Shown here: in pieces, positions 29,816 to 39,416 of the stretch
Position numbering within the stretch: position 1 is the stretch's first letter
Layout of the letters: every line of letters begins with the position of its first letter
IMG/VR virus record: IMGVR_UViG_3300034520_000374
Direction: 5' to 3' (one strand)
Source: an uncultured virus (IMG/VR IMGVR_UViG_3300034520_000374)
Lineage: Duplodnaviria > Heunggongvirae > Uroviricota > Caudoviricetes
DNA: 64,000 bases
Made by a program: the position numbers and the translations under genes
The notes under the pieces: model-generated
Told to the model about the DNA's origin: nothing
Seen by the model: the letters and a program-made list of their open reading frames with translations, nothing else
Database searches by the model: none

Positions 29816-31204
29816 ATGACTAAATACGCTGTAGGAAAAAATTTAATAGGTTTTGAGAGTCTTGCAGTAGACAATGAGAAAGTGGGGACTATACGAGACA
29901 GCCAGGTTGTCATCATTCTAAGCGGTGATGACGACAACCTTTACACTGAGTACTACAAGGCAATTAAAGAATTGATTATTAATAACAACAAAGTAGTGCT
30001 AGTGTATGTAAGCGGGAGAAGCATTATCTGGAAGCCTCTAGCCATGCTTATGGCATCATACAGGCGGTACGATGTTTACGAGGTTGACGACTACAATGAG
30101 ATAACCGAGAGCTACGTAATGCAGATGATGTCCAGGACCGCATCGGAAGAGGAGGTAAGGACTTTTATATCATCTGAGGTAATCGCTTATGGTGAGCTGG
30201 ACTCACTGCTGCTGGACGTTAGCTCTGCTATACAGAACGGGGATATAGAGTCGGCAGTTAATTTGCTGGCATCCAAGGCGGATATTGTTGAGGCTTCAAT
30301 AAAAGCGGTAAACTACCTTAGAAAGACCTTGGATACATTGAGCAGCAAGGAGGACGACAGCAAGCTTAATGAGTTGCAAGAGCTGGTGAATAAACTCAAG
30401 AAGGAGCTTGATGAGGCAAGGAATAAAATTGCTGAGCTTAGCGATACCAATAAAACGCTTGCGGAAGAAAATAAAGGGCTCAAGCAAGAATTGGTCAATA
30501 CCAATAATAGATTGCGCGAGATTGAGGAGCAGGTGACCAGCGGAGCTCCCGTTATCAGGTCTTATGCTGAAGTGCAGACATCGCTGGTGAAGTGCAAGGC
30601 GAAGTCTATAATCTACTTCAAGGAGATAACATACGTAAGGTATATAAACAGCTTCGTGACAAAACTTTTCGAAGTCATATCGAAAATACACAAGTTACGT
30701 GTAAAACTTGTTATATACGACAATAGAAATGGGTTCGTGCAGATTTACAAGCCATTAACGGTTGTTGGTTCGGCGGAGTATGTAGCTAGCCGTGACCTAA
30801 TTGTAAAAAAGACTGACAAGATTGTAGTTGTAGAGGCCAATACTGCTATCATAGAGGACATTATAAAAGCAGACTATGATGTTGTTATAGTGTATGACCG
30901 TATGAGGCAGCCAAACGACGTTGTTGCAGGCAACAACGTTTACAAGTATTGGGTCATAAACTCTACCACTGAATACAACACAATATCGCAGACGTACAAG
31001 ATAGATAAGCATCATGTAATAACAAGGCCTGGCATTTTCCCTGAAAGCATACCGTTGCTGGAAATCAGTGGTTATAGTGAGATGACTGAGTCAGCCCGTA
31101 TTTCATCATATATAAGGCTTGAGCATCCTGTGATGAAGAAGTCATTATTCGAGTTAATATTTGAGAGGACAAATGTTAACTCAATAGCGAAGCTTAGGAG
31201 GTAG
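29816..31204 (+). CDS. Coiled-coil protein with a degenerate ParA-like C-terminal domain
   Basis: Heptad region KLNELQELVNKLKKELDEARNKIAEL. DYDVVIVYD motif present but no P-loop. Confidence 0.6.
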   Translation: MTKYAVGKNLIGFESLAVDNEKVGTIRDSQVVIILSGDDDNLYTEYYKAIKELIINNNKVVLVYVSGRSIIWKPLAMLMASYRRYDVYEVDDYNEITESYVMQMMSRTASEEEVRTFISSEVIAYGELDSLLLDVSSAIQNGDIESAVNLLASKADIVEASIKAVNYLRKTLDTLSSKEDDSKLNELQELVNKLKKELDEARNKIAELSDTNKTLAEENKGLKQELVNTNNRLREIEEQVTSGAPVIRSYAEVQTSLVKCKAKSIIYFKEITYVRYINSFVTKLFEVISKIHKLRVKLVIYDNRNGFVQIYKPLTVVGSAEYVASRDLIVKKTDKIVVVEANTAIIEDIIKADYDVVIVYDRMRQPNDVVAGNNVYKYWVINSTTEYNTISQTYKIDKHHVITRPGIFPESIPLLEISGYSEMTESARISSYIRLEHPVMKKSLFELIFERTNVNSIAKLRR

Positions 31205-31210
31205 TGGAAA

Positions 31211-33286
31211 GTGGCGTTGTTAAAATTGTTCAACATTAAAAAGTTCAAGCAGGACTTTGCCGAGAAAGTGGAGTTGTACGACACTATATTAGCCAATCTA
31301 ATAGCCGGAAACTCAGTTATAGAACCAGACATAAACCTGGATAACAGCAGGATATCGATAGGGTTTAGCAGCATAGCATCTGAGAGCCAGGTCTCCAGAT
31401 ACTTTCTAATTAGAAATTTACCTGATTATTTGCCTGCTAATTCTTTAGATAACCTCAGGGGTACATGTATACTGCCTGGGGTGAAATTTAATTTTTACCT
31501 GTACGCTTCACCTCATATGATACGCTGGGACTCACCAGAAATGAAGAATAGGCTCGATATATGGAAGCAGTACACTGCATCACAGCCAGATAACATTAAT
31601 GTGTTTGAGTACAGGCAGAAAAGGAGTGCCAGCTTGGCCAAGCAGAGGATTATATATTCAACAAAATATTTGAATGAGGCAGAACTTGATTTCAAGAGGT
31701 CATTATTTAAGGTGGCTATACTTATAGAAATCACAAGCAGGCGGGATGAGCAATCACTCGTAAATTTAAGCAGGTCAATCAGTACATTCAAGAATATATG
31801 CAGGAATATGGATATAAAGCTTCTGGAAATCAAGATGAACGTTCTTGATTGGCTTGCTTATTTTGGCATATTCAGCCTTAAGAACATAAGGGAGGTAGCA
31901 AACAAGGTAAGCAGAAGGACTTTGACGGACGATATACTGGCAAGCTTCAACCCTTATAAGCAAGGAAGGGTTGGGGATGATGGCGTATGCCTTGGCATAG
32001 ATGTGCTGTCAAAAGTCCCTGTCCTAAAGAAGTTCAAGGCGGACCCTGACGCACCTGAAAACTGGCTTATCTGTGCCGAAACAGGCGGAGGTAAATCATT
32101 GTTTATCAAGGTGCTATTGACTTACTTGCTTGCAGATGGGTTTGTAGTTACCGTAATGGACTACGAGGGCGACGAATACTTCAATCTAGCCAACTACATA
32201 AAGGCCGGCAATCCTGATGATGTAAAAATCATATCAATGGGTAAGGGTTCAACTGAGTATTTTGACCCAATGGAAATAGCCGACCTTACCGGTGAGGACG
32301 ATATAGACAACGAGTTAAAGGAAAATGCTATAACCTATACGCTGGCAATTTTTAGAGTAATAGTAGGTGGGCTTGAAGGCAACATAAACCAGTGGGAAGA
32401 ACGGGTCATATCCACAGCAATAAAAAGGGTTTACGAGAAAGCAGGGGTAACCGAGGACAAGAGCACCTGGCATCGCTCTAAAGGACTTAGAATAAAAATG
32501 GTATACGATGAGATAAAGTGCATGGCAGAAACAAAAGAGTTCGTTGACGAGGATGTGGATAACGTAAAGCATAAAGCAGCAGTCCGCATAGCAGACTGCG
32601 CATCGGTTTATTTTGAGGAAGGGGAGGCTAAGTCAGGAACATTCAAGAACCCGATTTCGGTCAACGAGCTTTACAAGGCAAGGTTTATAGTATTCTCCTT
32701 CGGTATGCGTGGTGCCACATCCTCGCAGATTGACCCTGTAATCCTTGCACTTAAGCAGTTGTCCGTTGCAAACGTAGCAATACAGATATCAAACTACTGC
32801 AAGTATGTTAGGAAATGCTTCAATGTCAAGGTATGGGAAGAGTTCCAGCGTTGGGGTGAAGTCAGAGGTTCTTCAGAAATCATCCTAAACGCTATGACAG
32901 GCGGTCGTAAACGTGGGGACGTGAACTTTATAATCACCAATAAGCTCGGTGCTATACTTGATGACGACAATCCAATAGCGGCTGGGCTACGTGAGAATAT
33001 AACTTCTAAGGCTATAGGGAAAATTAACGACAAGACAATAAGGCATAAGTTCTGCGAAGTATTTAGTGTACCTGAGGTTGAAGGTGTACTAGACATGATA
33101 GCTAAAGCAAGCATGGCAGACGAGACAAATAATAAGGTAATAGCAAGCAGTTCAGGCAACAGGTACAAGTACGCTTTCTGCTTAATGTTGGACAATGGCA
33201 AGAAAGCAGTGGTTAAAGTTATGCTACCTCAGGTACTGAGGCAGTCTCAGCTATTTAAGACAGGAGTAAATGTAGAAAGCAGGTGA
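31211..33286 (+). CDS. VirB4/TraE-like conjugative transfer ATPase
   Basis: Walker A AETGGGKS, VMDYEGDEY, FDPM, Walker B VWEEFQRW and GRKRG motifs. Confidence 0.8.
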   Translation: MALLKLFNIKKFKQDFAEKVELYDTILANLIAGNSVIEPDINLDNSRISIGFSSIASESQVSRYFLIRNLPDYLPANSLDNLRGTCILPGVKFNFYLYASPHMIRWDSPEMKNRLDIWKQYTASQPDNINVFEYRQKRSASLAKQRIIYSTKYLNEAELDFKRSLFKVAILIEITSRRDEQSLVNLSRSISTFKNICRNMDIKLLEIKMNVLDWLAYFGIFSLKNIREVANKVSRRTLTDDILASFNPYKQGRVGDDGVCLGIDVLSKVPVLKKFKADPDAPENWLICAETGGGKSLFIKVLLTYLLADGFVVTVMDYEGDEYFNLANYIKAGNPDDVKIISMGKGSTEYFDPMEIADLTGEDDIDNELKENAITYTLAIFRVIVGGLEGNINQWEERVISTAIKRVYEKAGVTEDKSTWHRSKGLRIKMVYDEIKCMAETKEFVDEDVDNVKHKAAVRIADCASVYFEEGEAKSGTFKNPISVNELYKARFIVFSFGMRGATSSQIDPVILALKQLSVANVAIQISNYCKYVRKCFNVKVWEEFQRWGEVRGSSEIILNAMTGGRKRGDVNFIITNKLGAILDDDNPIAAGLRENITSKAIGKINDKTIRHKFCEVFSVPEVEGVLDMIAKASMADETNNKVIASSSGNRYKYAFCLMLDNGKKAVVKVMLPQVLRQSQLFKTGVNVESR

Positions 33287-33293
33287 TGTCTGT

Positions 33294-33446
33294 ATGTACC
33301 TTTTGCTATTTTTGGCTATTGTGTTCGCAGTATATATAAATACATTTAAGAATGAGTTCGACAAAGAGGACATGGGTAAAGCAACATTATTTATAATCTT
33401 AAGCGGGTTGACCATAATGTTTGTTGGCATAATATCTAATTTGTAG
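33294..33446 (+). CDS. 50-aa two-TM small membrane protein (not in the ORF track)
   Basis: MYLLLFLAIVFAVYINTFKNEFDKEDMGKATLFIILSGLTIMFVGIISNL. AGGTGA RBS. Fills the gap between the two ATPase genes. Confidence 0.7.
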   Translation: MYLLLFLAIVFAVYINTFKNEFDKEDMGKATLFIILSGLTIMFVGIISNL

Positions 33447-33449
33447 TCA

Positions 33450-35822
33450 TTGGTGGTGATATATGTGCCTGTAGGTGATTTGAGGAATAAAGTATCTTCT
33501 GACGACGTTGAAAAGATAAAGAAAAAGCGTAATCCTCCTGAATATGAGGAAGGGTTTGAGCCTATGGAAGATGGCGAAATAAGCTTTAGCGATTTATTTG
33601 AGGACACTGGAGGAAATAGCGGGTCTTCTGGGAAACCTTTGACAGCAAGTGAGATATTCGGTGGGCCATTACCATCGGCTCAGAAGCCTGCAGGTCCTGG
33701 AGCTCCAGGGCCTGGAGGTTTTGCTACACCTGGAGCCCCACCAGGTTCGCCAGGAGTGCCTGGGACTACACCAGGGGTGCCTGGTGCACAGCCTTTGTCA
33801 GGACCGATGAGCCCATTTCCTCCTGGTCCTAGACCTTTCGGTGCACCTTTAGGCACGCCTTTTGGCGGCCCACAGGTGGGTGCGCCAGGGCAGCCTACAC
33901 AGCAAGGTCCAGACACTCTAGATAAAGTTTTCGACAGTGCTGGAGACGCTCTAGTATCCATAGGCAAGTTATTCGTACATGCCGTAAAGACCATAGGCAC
34001 TAGAACAGCAGATGATTGGGGAGTGTACTGCAGAAACATAATAATTACATCATTCGGAATTTCAGCAGTAGCCATATTAATAAGCATAATAGGTGCAGCT
34101 TCTGGGATTAGACCATTAAAATTCTTTGGACTGCCTTTTCAAATGATTGTAGCATCGATGTTATCTCTAGGTACTGGGTTAATAGGTGTTGGATGCTCAG
34201 CTTTTGCAATCTTACTTGAGAAAGACCCTTCTGTAACTACAATACAGCAGCTGGATAATGTCGTGGACGATAGCGGTAGAGACGCTGGGGCATACGAGGA
34301 TGGGCTCGACGAAGCACTAGACAATCTGCTAGAAGGGATAGAAGATGACGGTTTAGATGACATATATGAAGATGAAGAACCTGAGGAAGATATTGACGGT
34401 ACACAGGAGATAGAGCAGGTAAAGAACGAAGAAGTTGATTTCGACAAGTATTTAGAGAAAGTACCTGAAAATGTCCCTATGCTGCATAGGGAGATGCTGT
34501 TCAGCACATTTAAGCCATTTTTACCACAGAACACTCCTGGATTCTCCAAGCGTAGGGAGATAGACCCTGAGTCTGAAGAGTTTGCTACACTTGAGACTAT
34601 ATGCTTAAAGGCTTTGGCGGCGGCCGCTAAATGCGAGCTCGAGGAAATCAGCAGTTCATTAGAGTCGGCTGTAGAAACATACTTTTGCTATGAGCTACGC
34701 ATAAAAAGAGTAAGAGGACTTAATAAATTAGAAGATATCGAGAGGGAGATAACAGCTTACTTCAGGGAATCCAGCGATGATGTTGGGGTATCAAGCGTAG
34801 TAGACCTTGAGGGAGACTTCTACAAGGTAATTGTGAACAAAGGAGTAAATGCCATAGTTACATTCGGTGATGTATTTACACTTAAAGAGGCAGTTGACTT
34901 CTATGTTAATCCAAAAAATATATTGCCTCTAATAGCTGGTGTAACCGAAAGCGGTAAACCAGTATTAATTGACGGAAAGCATTACAATACTATCTTAGTA
35001 GCCGGTAAACCACGTTCCGGTAAATCGTGGTACGTGCTATCAATCTTAATGTCTTTGATGATGTTCAACACACCAGAAGATGTCTGCTTCTTACTCATTG
35101 ACCCTAAAGAGTCAACGCTCTTCAAGACATTAGCACTTATGCCACATGTTTGTGGGCTTCACAATGACTCGAATGTGCTAGATGTATTGAGGGATGTAAT
35201 TGAGTCTGAAGGTGCTAGGCGTAAGAAACTTTTAGCAGACCATAAATGCGACGACATCTGGGATTTAAGGAAGCGCAAAGGGATTAAATTACCAGTTTTA
35301 TATGTCGTAATAGATGAAGTTATGACCATAGTATCGAATCTCGGCGACAGGTCGAAAGAGTTCTTTGACTTAATGAAAGTTATTATATCGCAGTTACCTT
35401 CGACAGGCATAAGGTTAATTTTCGTCCCGCATAGGGCTCAAGGAGTCGTCGACAAGACCATAAGATTCCTAATTGACTACGTGGCAGCTGTTAGGGCCGA
35501 CCCAGAAGTAGTTAGGGAAACATTAGACATAAAGAAGTGGGACAGGGCACTTGTAAATCCTGGCGATACAGCTTTGAGGTTACAGGGGCACGGTAAAGAG
35601 TCATTCGTTAAAGGAATTGCATTGACGACTTCGGATAGCGACAACATGGAGTTAATAACCAATATAGCAAGAGCTTTTTATAAGATGGGCGTCGAAATAC
35701 CAGATATGCATAGCTTAGGTGTAGGCTACAACAGGGATGAGGACAACATACGTGAAGAACTCGATGTAGGCAACACTTCATATCGTGTGCAGTACAGTAA
35801 TTTTGATGAGGACGAAGTATAA
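33450..35822 (+). CDS. FtsK/SpoIIIE-family membrane ATPase (TcpA-like coupling protein candidate)
   Basis: Two TM helices, Walker A AGKPRSGKS, LLIDPK, E..RR, Walker B VVIDE, and a Pro/Gly-rich N-terminus. Confidence 0.85.
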   Translation: MVVIYVPVGDLRNKVSSDDVEKIKKKRNPPEYEEGFEPMEDGEISFSDLFEDTGGNSGSSGKPLTASEIFGGPLPSAQKPAGPGAPGPGGFATPGAPPGSPGVPGTTPGVPGAQPLSGPMSPFPPGPRPFGAPLGTPFGGPQVGAPGQPTQQGPDTLDKVFDSAGDALVSIGKLFVHAVKTIGTRTADDWGVYCRNIIITSFGISAVAILISIIGAASGIRPLKFFGLPFQMIVASMLSLGTGLIGVGCSAFAILLEKDPSVTTIQQLDNVVDDSGRDAGAYEDGLDEALDNLLEGIEDDGLDDIYEDEEPEEDIDGTQEIEQVKNEEVDFDKYLEKVPENVPMLHREMLFSTFKPFLPQNTPGFSKRREIDPESEEFATLETICLKALAAAAKCELEEISSSLESAVETYFCYELRIKRVRGLNKLEDIEREITAYFRESSDDVGVSSVVDLEGDFYKVIVNKGVNAIVTFGDVFTLKEAVDFYVNPKNILPLIAGVTESGKPVLIDGKHYNTILVAGKPRSGKSWYVLSILMSLMMFNTPEDVCFLLIDPKESTLFKTLALMPHVCGLHNDSNVLDVLRDVIESEGARRKKLLADHKCDDIWDLRKRKGIKLPVLYVVIDEVMTIVSNLGDRSKEFFDLMKVIISQLPSTGIRLIFVPHRAQGVVDKTIRFLIDYVAAVRADPEVVRETLDIKKWDRALVNPGDTALRLQGHGKESFVKGIALTTSDSDNMELITNIARAFYKMGVEIPDMHSLGVGYNRDEDNIREELDVGNTSYRVQYSNFDEDEV

Positions 35823-35834
35823 GGGGGTGAGACT

Positions 35835-36959
35835 GTGCAGAACTTTAATATAGGCATGGTAATTAGCCTGGGTGATTTAGAGTTAGCGGTAGATTATATA
35901 AATAATCGTGATGTAATAAAGGACGAGCTCAAGAAGACTAAAAATGCACAGTCCTCACATATCGAGGTCACCAGTCAGGGCTCATCCGCATCACCTGAGG
36001 TTGCAGGTATACAAAAACAGGAAGTCAGCGAGGAAAAAGAAGTTTACGAGGAAGACATTGAGATAGACGATGAAGAATTTGAGGTAGACGATGAAGAATT
36101 TGAGGTAGACGACGAAGAAATTGAGGCAGACGAGGAATTTGAGGTAGATGCTGAGGGATTTGAGGTAGACGACGAAGAAATAGCTGTTGAAGAAACCGAT
36201 GATGACGACATAGGATCAATTTACGATGAGCCTGAAGATTCGCAGGATGAGTATGAAGAAGAGGAAGATTACGTTGAGGAGGTTAAAGCTACTCCTACAG
36301 CACAGGTTAAGGTTGAGCCTAAACAGCAGGGCACAGCATCTGTTCTATCTCCTCTAGACCTACTGCAGAAAAAGAAAGGTTTAGCAGGACAGCAGGCTGG
36401 CAGTCAACAGGTGGATAGGCCGGTGCAGACTGGGCAAAAGCCTAATGAGGTCAAGACAGCAGGACCTGTTCAACAGCCTGTGCAACCAAAGCAGGTAGTT
36501 GAGCAGCCGAAGCAACCTAATTTGGCACAGACACAGCAAAAACAGCCTAGACCACAAGGACAGGTAGTTAGCATTAAGCGAGCACAGGGTAACATTAAAT
36601 CATCAGAGCAGCCTACAGGTACATTAGCAAGCAGGGTTGTGGATAACTATAAGCATTCTGTGGATAAACAGGTGCACCCTGTTGGTAATATACAAAAGAA
36701 GGATGTGCAGAATACAGCAAGTAAAGATGTTAGTAGTAGGGAAGTTAATGCAGATGCCTCAAGGGTAAGTATGTATTCCGCTATGGACGAGAAGGCTCTA
36801 TATAAGGAAGTGAAGAAGTTCCTGGAGTCGAGGCATGTAGCAAAGGCTCCTGTTGATAGAAAAATAGTGGAGGCTGAATTTGGTGTAGATAACGTGCTCA
36901 AGTTAATAAAAAGAGGATACTTAGTAAGTGTAGGCAGAGGCATAACAATAGGATATTAA
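35835..36959 (+). CDS. Acidic and Gln-rich disordered protein with a small C-terminal domain
   Basis: EVDDEEF repeats and Q/P-rich linker. Confidence 0.75.
   Translation: MQNFNIGMVISLGDLELAVDYINNRDVIKDELKKTKNAQSSHIEVTSQGSSASPEVAGIQKQEVSEEKEVYEEDIEIDDEEFEVDDEEFEVDDEEIEADEEFEVDAEGFEVDDEEIAVEETDDDDIGSIYDEPEDSQDEYEEEEDYVEEVKATPTAQVKVEPKQQGTASVLSPLDLLQKKKGLAGQQAGSQQVDRPVQTGQKPNEVKTAGPVQQPVQPKQVVEQPKQPNLAQTQQKQPRPQGQVVSIKRAQGNIKSSEQPTGTLASRVVDNYKHSVDKQVHPVGNIQKKDVQNTASKDVSSREVNADASRVSMYSAMDEKALYKEVKKFLESRHVAKAPVDRKIVEAEFGVDNVLKLIKRGYLVSVGRGITIGY
36060..36180 (+). repeat. 21-bp coding tandem repeat (EVDDEEF), about 6 imperfect copies
   Basis: GAGGTAGACGATGAAGAATTT-like units. Confidence 0.8.
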
Positions 36960-36966
36960 CAGGGGG

Positions 36967-38910
36967 TTGAGTAATTTGAAGCGAGTATTAATTAGTTTAC
37001 TAGTCATTTTTATGCTAGGTAGCATAGTAAAAGGTATGTTTTTCAGCGGTAAGGCAGCCAAACTGCCTTTAGTGCCACCGCTAACTGAGCAGGAGCTAAC
37101 CGATTATTATAAAAAGGCTCTTGCTTATGATAGCATTGTGCCAAAGAGGGATTCGACTCAAAATAATTACGAGATAAACGAAGTTGATGAAGCAACAAAG
37201 AAAAAGATTATAAAGGCACAGGAGATAGTAGAACAGCAATTGTTCAGACATAATTATGTGCCTGGGTCGGTTCTCTTGGATAGCCAGCAGTATTACATTA
37301 AGGCAGTAATAGACGACAAACAATTAATTAAGGCTTCGGTAGATAAAGTTGGCAAGGCATTTGATTTTTACATTATTGATGTTAAGTATAACATAAGACC
37401 GAAATCTCCAGGTACTATATTGGACGCGGCAAAATACTTAGGTATACACGGGGCGTTCAAGCAAAGCGGTGGAAAGGATTACGTTGACACAAACTTCCTT
37501 GCTGCAGCTAACAATAAAGTATGGGAGTACTTGGTGGCTAATCAGAAAACGAGCACAATAAATGTAGGTACCGAAACACCTCCACCTCCACAATCTCAGC
37601 AACCTCAACAGCCTCAGCAGACTCAGCAAGAACAGCAGGCTTCGCAGGGTCAGAATAAGCAGGAACAGCAAGCACAGGTTGCTCAGCAACCTCAGGTACA
37701 GCCTCCAGCACAAGAGGCAATACTAAGTGACTACGGTCTAGCTGGAAGGACTCCAAAAGTGGATGTTAAACTTTTCAATAAAGTTATGGGAAGTTCACTG
37801 ACGAACACAGCATATATGCCAGTTTTATCAATAGTGTTCACTCCTAGTGGTGAGGCCGAAACTATAGCTGGTTATGGCATATACCCAGAGGGTAATGCAG
37901 GAATGAGGTTGTTCGGGTTCGACAGGGGTTCTATGGACGGTACACTGGTAATGAGATACCTATTTAAGGGCGGTATTGACGATGTATCAAAGCTTGAGGC
38001 AATAGCTGCATATCCTGTGAGCATGGAGGTGAAATTCAATCCACAGCGTAAAGAGGTTGTTGTACCTGATTTTGTAATGACCGAGATTGGGAAATTGATA
38101 GACAGGTATGATAGGGCAGTCGTTAATAACGACATTACAGCTCTTATGTCTGGCGAGATAGTAAGGGATGTGGGCATAGCTATAAGGAATGGTTTCACGC
38201 AAAACTATGTGTACTTGACGAGGCATATAAGTAAAGTTAACGGTATAGTGGATAAGAAAGGCAGTTATTATTTAGTAGAGGTAGAGTCGTTGGTGCAGGA
38301 GAGCCCGAAGAAAACACAGTTGTACGGCACATACAAAGACAAAAGTTTATTTGTAATTGAGCAGCAAGGCAGTAATTTTGTAATTAACGACATATTGAAG
38401 GTTGGCAGAACTCTTGTGGATGAGCCTAAGCTAGAACTTGATGACTCAATACAAAAACATTTGGCAGCATTAAATCTATCTGGGGCAATCAGTGAAGATA
38501 GCAAGAAGGGCATAAGAGAGCTGTTGAACAATCTTTATAAGGCATCTACAGATAGGGTATTAAAAGGAATGTACAGCTGTTTCAATGATGACGTTAATGT
38601 GTTGCCGAGTTCTAAAAAGGAGTATCTAAATTCTCAATTGCGTGGGTGGCTTGTAAAATATGGCGTTGATGTGAAGTCGACATACACTGGAAAGGTTAAT
38701 GAGTGGCTTGGAGGCTCAGCTAGTCAAGCTGAGTTGATAACCGATGAGCTCATTGAGTATGAAGGTAAGGACTCCGGTCAATACATAAAGATGTATTATC
38801 TAGTGTCTAACTTCAACGGTAAGTGGGTCATTGACGACATGAAGATTATTAGGCTAGAGGACGTTAGTGGGGCTAGGTTAGCCGAAATAAAACAAAAGCT
38901 TGGGCAGTAG
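36967..38910 (+). CDS. Membrane-anchored protein with NTF2-like domains (VirB8/TcpC-like candidate)
   Basis: N-terminal anchor and Q-rich linker. Repeated helix-plus-strand domains end in EQQGSNFVINDI and SNFNGKWVIDDM. Confidence 0.6.
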   Translation: MSNLKRVLISLLVIFMLGSIVKGMFFSGKAAKLPLVPPLTEQELTDYYKKALAYDSIVPKRDSTQNNYEINEVDEATKKKIIKAQEIVEQQLFRHNYVPGSVLLDSQQYYIKAVIDDKQLIKASVDKVGKAFDFYIIDVKYNIRPKSPGTILDAAKYLGIHGAFKQSGGKDYVDTNFLAAANNKVWEYLVANQKTSTINVGTETPPPPQSQQPQQPQQTQQEQQASQGQNKQEQQAQVAQQPQVQPPAQEAILSDYGLAGRTPKVDVKLFNKVMGSSLTNTAYMPVLSIVFTPSGEAETIAGYGIYPEGNAGMRLFGFDRGSMDGTLVMRYLFKGGIDDVSKLEAIAAYPVSMEVKFNPQRKEVVVPDFVMTEIGKLIDRYDRAVVNNDITALMSGEIVRDVGIAIRNGFTQNYVYLTRHISKVNGIVDKKGSYYLVEVESLVQESPKKTQLYGTYKDKSLFVIEQQGSNFVINDILKVGRTLVDEPKLELDDSIQKHLAALNLSGAISEDSKKGIRELLNNLYKASTDRVLKGMYSCFNDDVNVLPSSKKEYLNSQLRGWLVKYGVDVKSTYTGKVNEWLGGSASQAELITDELIEYEGKDSGQYIKMYYLVSNFNGKWVIDDMKIIRLEDVSGARLAEIKQKLGQ

Positions 38911-38913
38911 AGG

Positions 38914-38952
38914 GTAAAAATACCGATAGCAATACGCTATCGGTATTTTTAC
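38914..38952 (+). terminator. Intrinsic terminator ending the transfer-like operon
   Basis: GTAAAAATACCGATAGC-AATAC-GCTATCGGTATTTTTAC. Confidence 0.9.
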
Positions 38953-39011
38953 TCTCCTTGGGAGGCTGCATTAAGGTATGTTAGGTGAAAATAATATAGG
39001 AGGTATCAGTT

Positions 39012-39344
39012 GTGAGGAAGTCAGAAGTCGTAGGGGCTATCCTGGAGTCGTTCAAGAAGATGGCACACGAGGAGCTAGTCAATAGGTTTCTTGAGATGAA
39101 GGACTTCGGGGACCGCATGGTAGAAAGGAACGTAACTTTCACTGATGCCTTCGGAGATGATGCTGAGGCAGTTAGGAAAGCTAAAGACTTCTGGAAAGTA
39201 GTCAATGTGCTTGAGAGTAACGGGCTTGACGATGATGAGGTGTTCGAGCTGCTTATAGACGCGGTAGTGGACGGGCTAAATAGTGTAACTGAGCTATCGG
39301 ACGAGAGGTTACACGCACTGATTCAGTTCCTGCTTGTTGAATAG
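39012..39344 (+). CDS. Hypothetical helical protein
   Basis: AGGAGG RBS with GTG start. Confidence 0.75.
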   Translation: MRKSEVVGAILESFKKMAHEELVNRFLEMKDFGDRMVERNVTFTDAFGDDAEAVRKAKDFWKVVNVLESNGLDDDEVFELLIDAVVDGLNSVTELSDERLHALIQFLLVE

Positions 39345-39354
39345 AAGGAAGGTT

Positions 39355-39389
39355 AAAATCGTGGCCTTAAGGCCACGATTTTTATTTTT
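39355..39389 (+). terminator. Intrinsic terminator
   Basis: AAAATCGTGGCC-TTAA-GGCCACGATTTTTATTTTT. Confidence 0.88.
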
Positions 39390-39416
39390 CTACCTGCTCA
39401 TACAGCGTATTTGTAT

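Noticed and set aside
36638..36668. Two TGTGGATAA DnaA-box matches
   Set aside because: They lie inside a CDS and are explained by Val-Asp-Asn/Lys codons. There is no AT-rich origin context.
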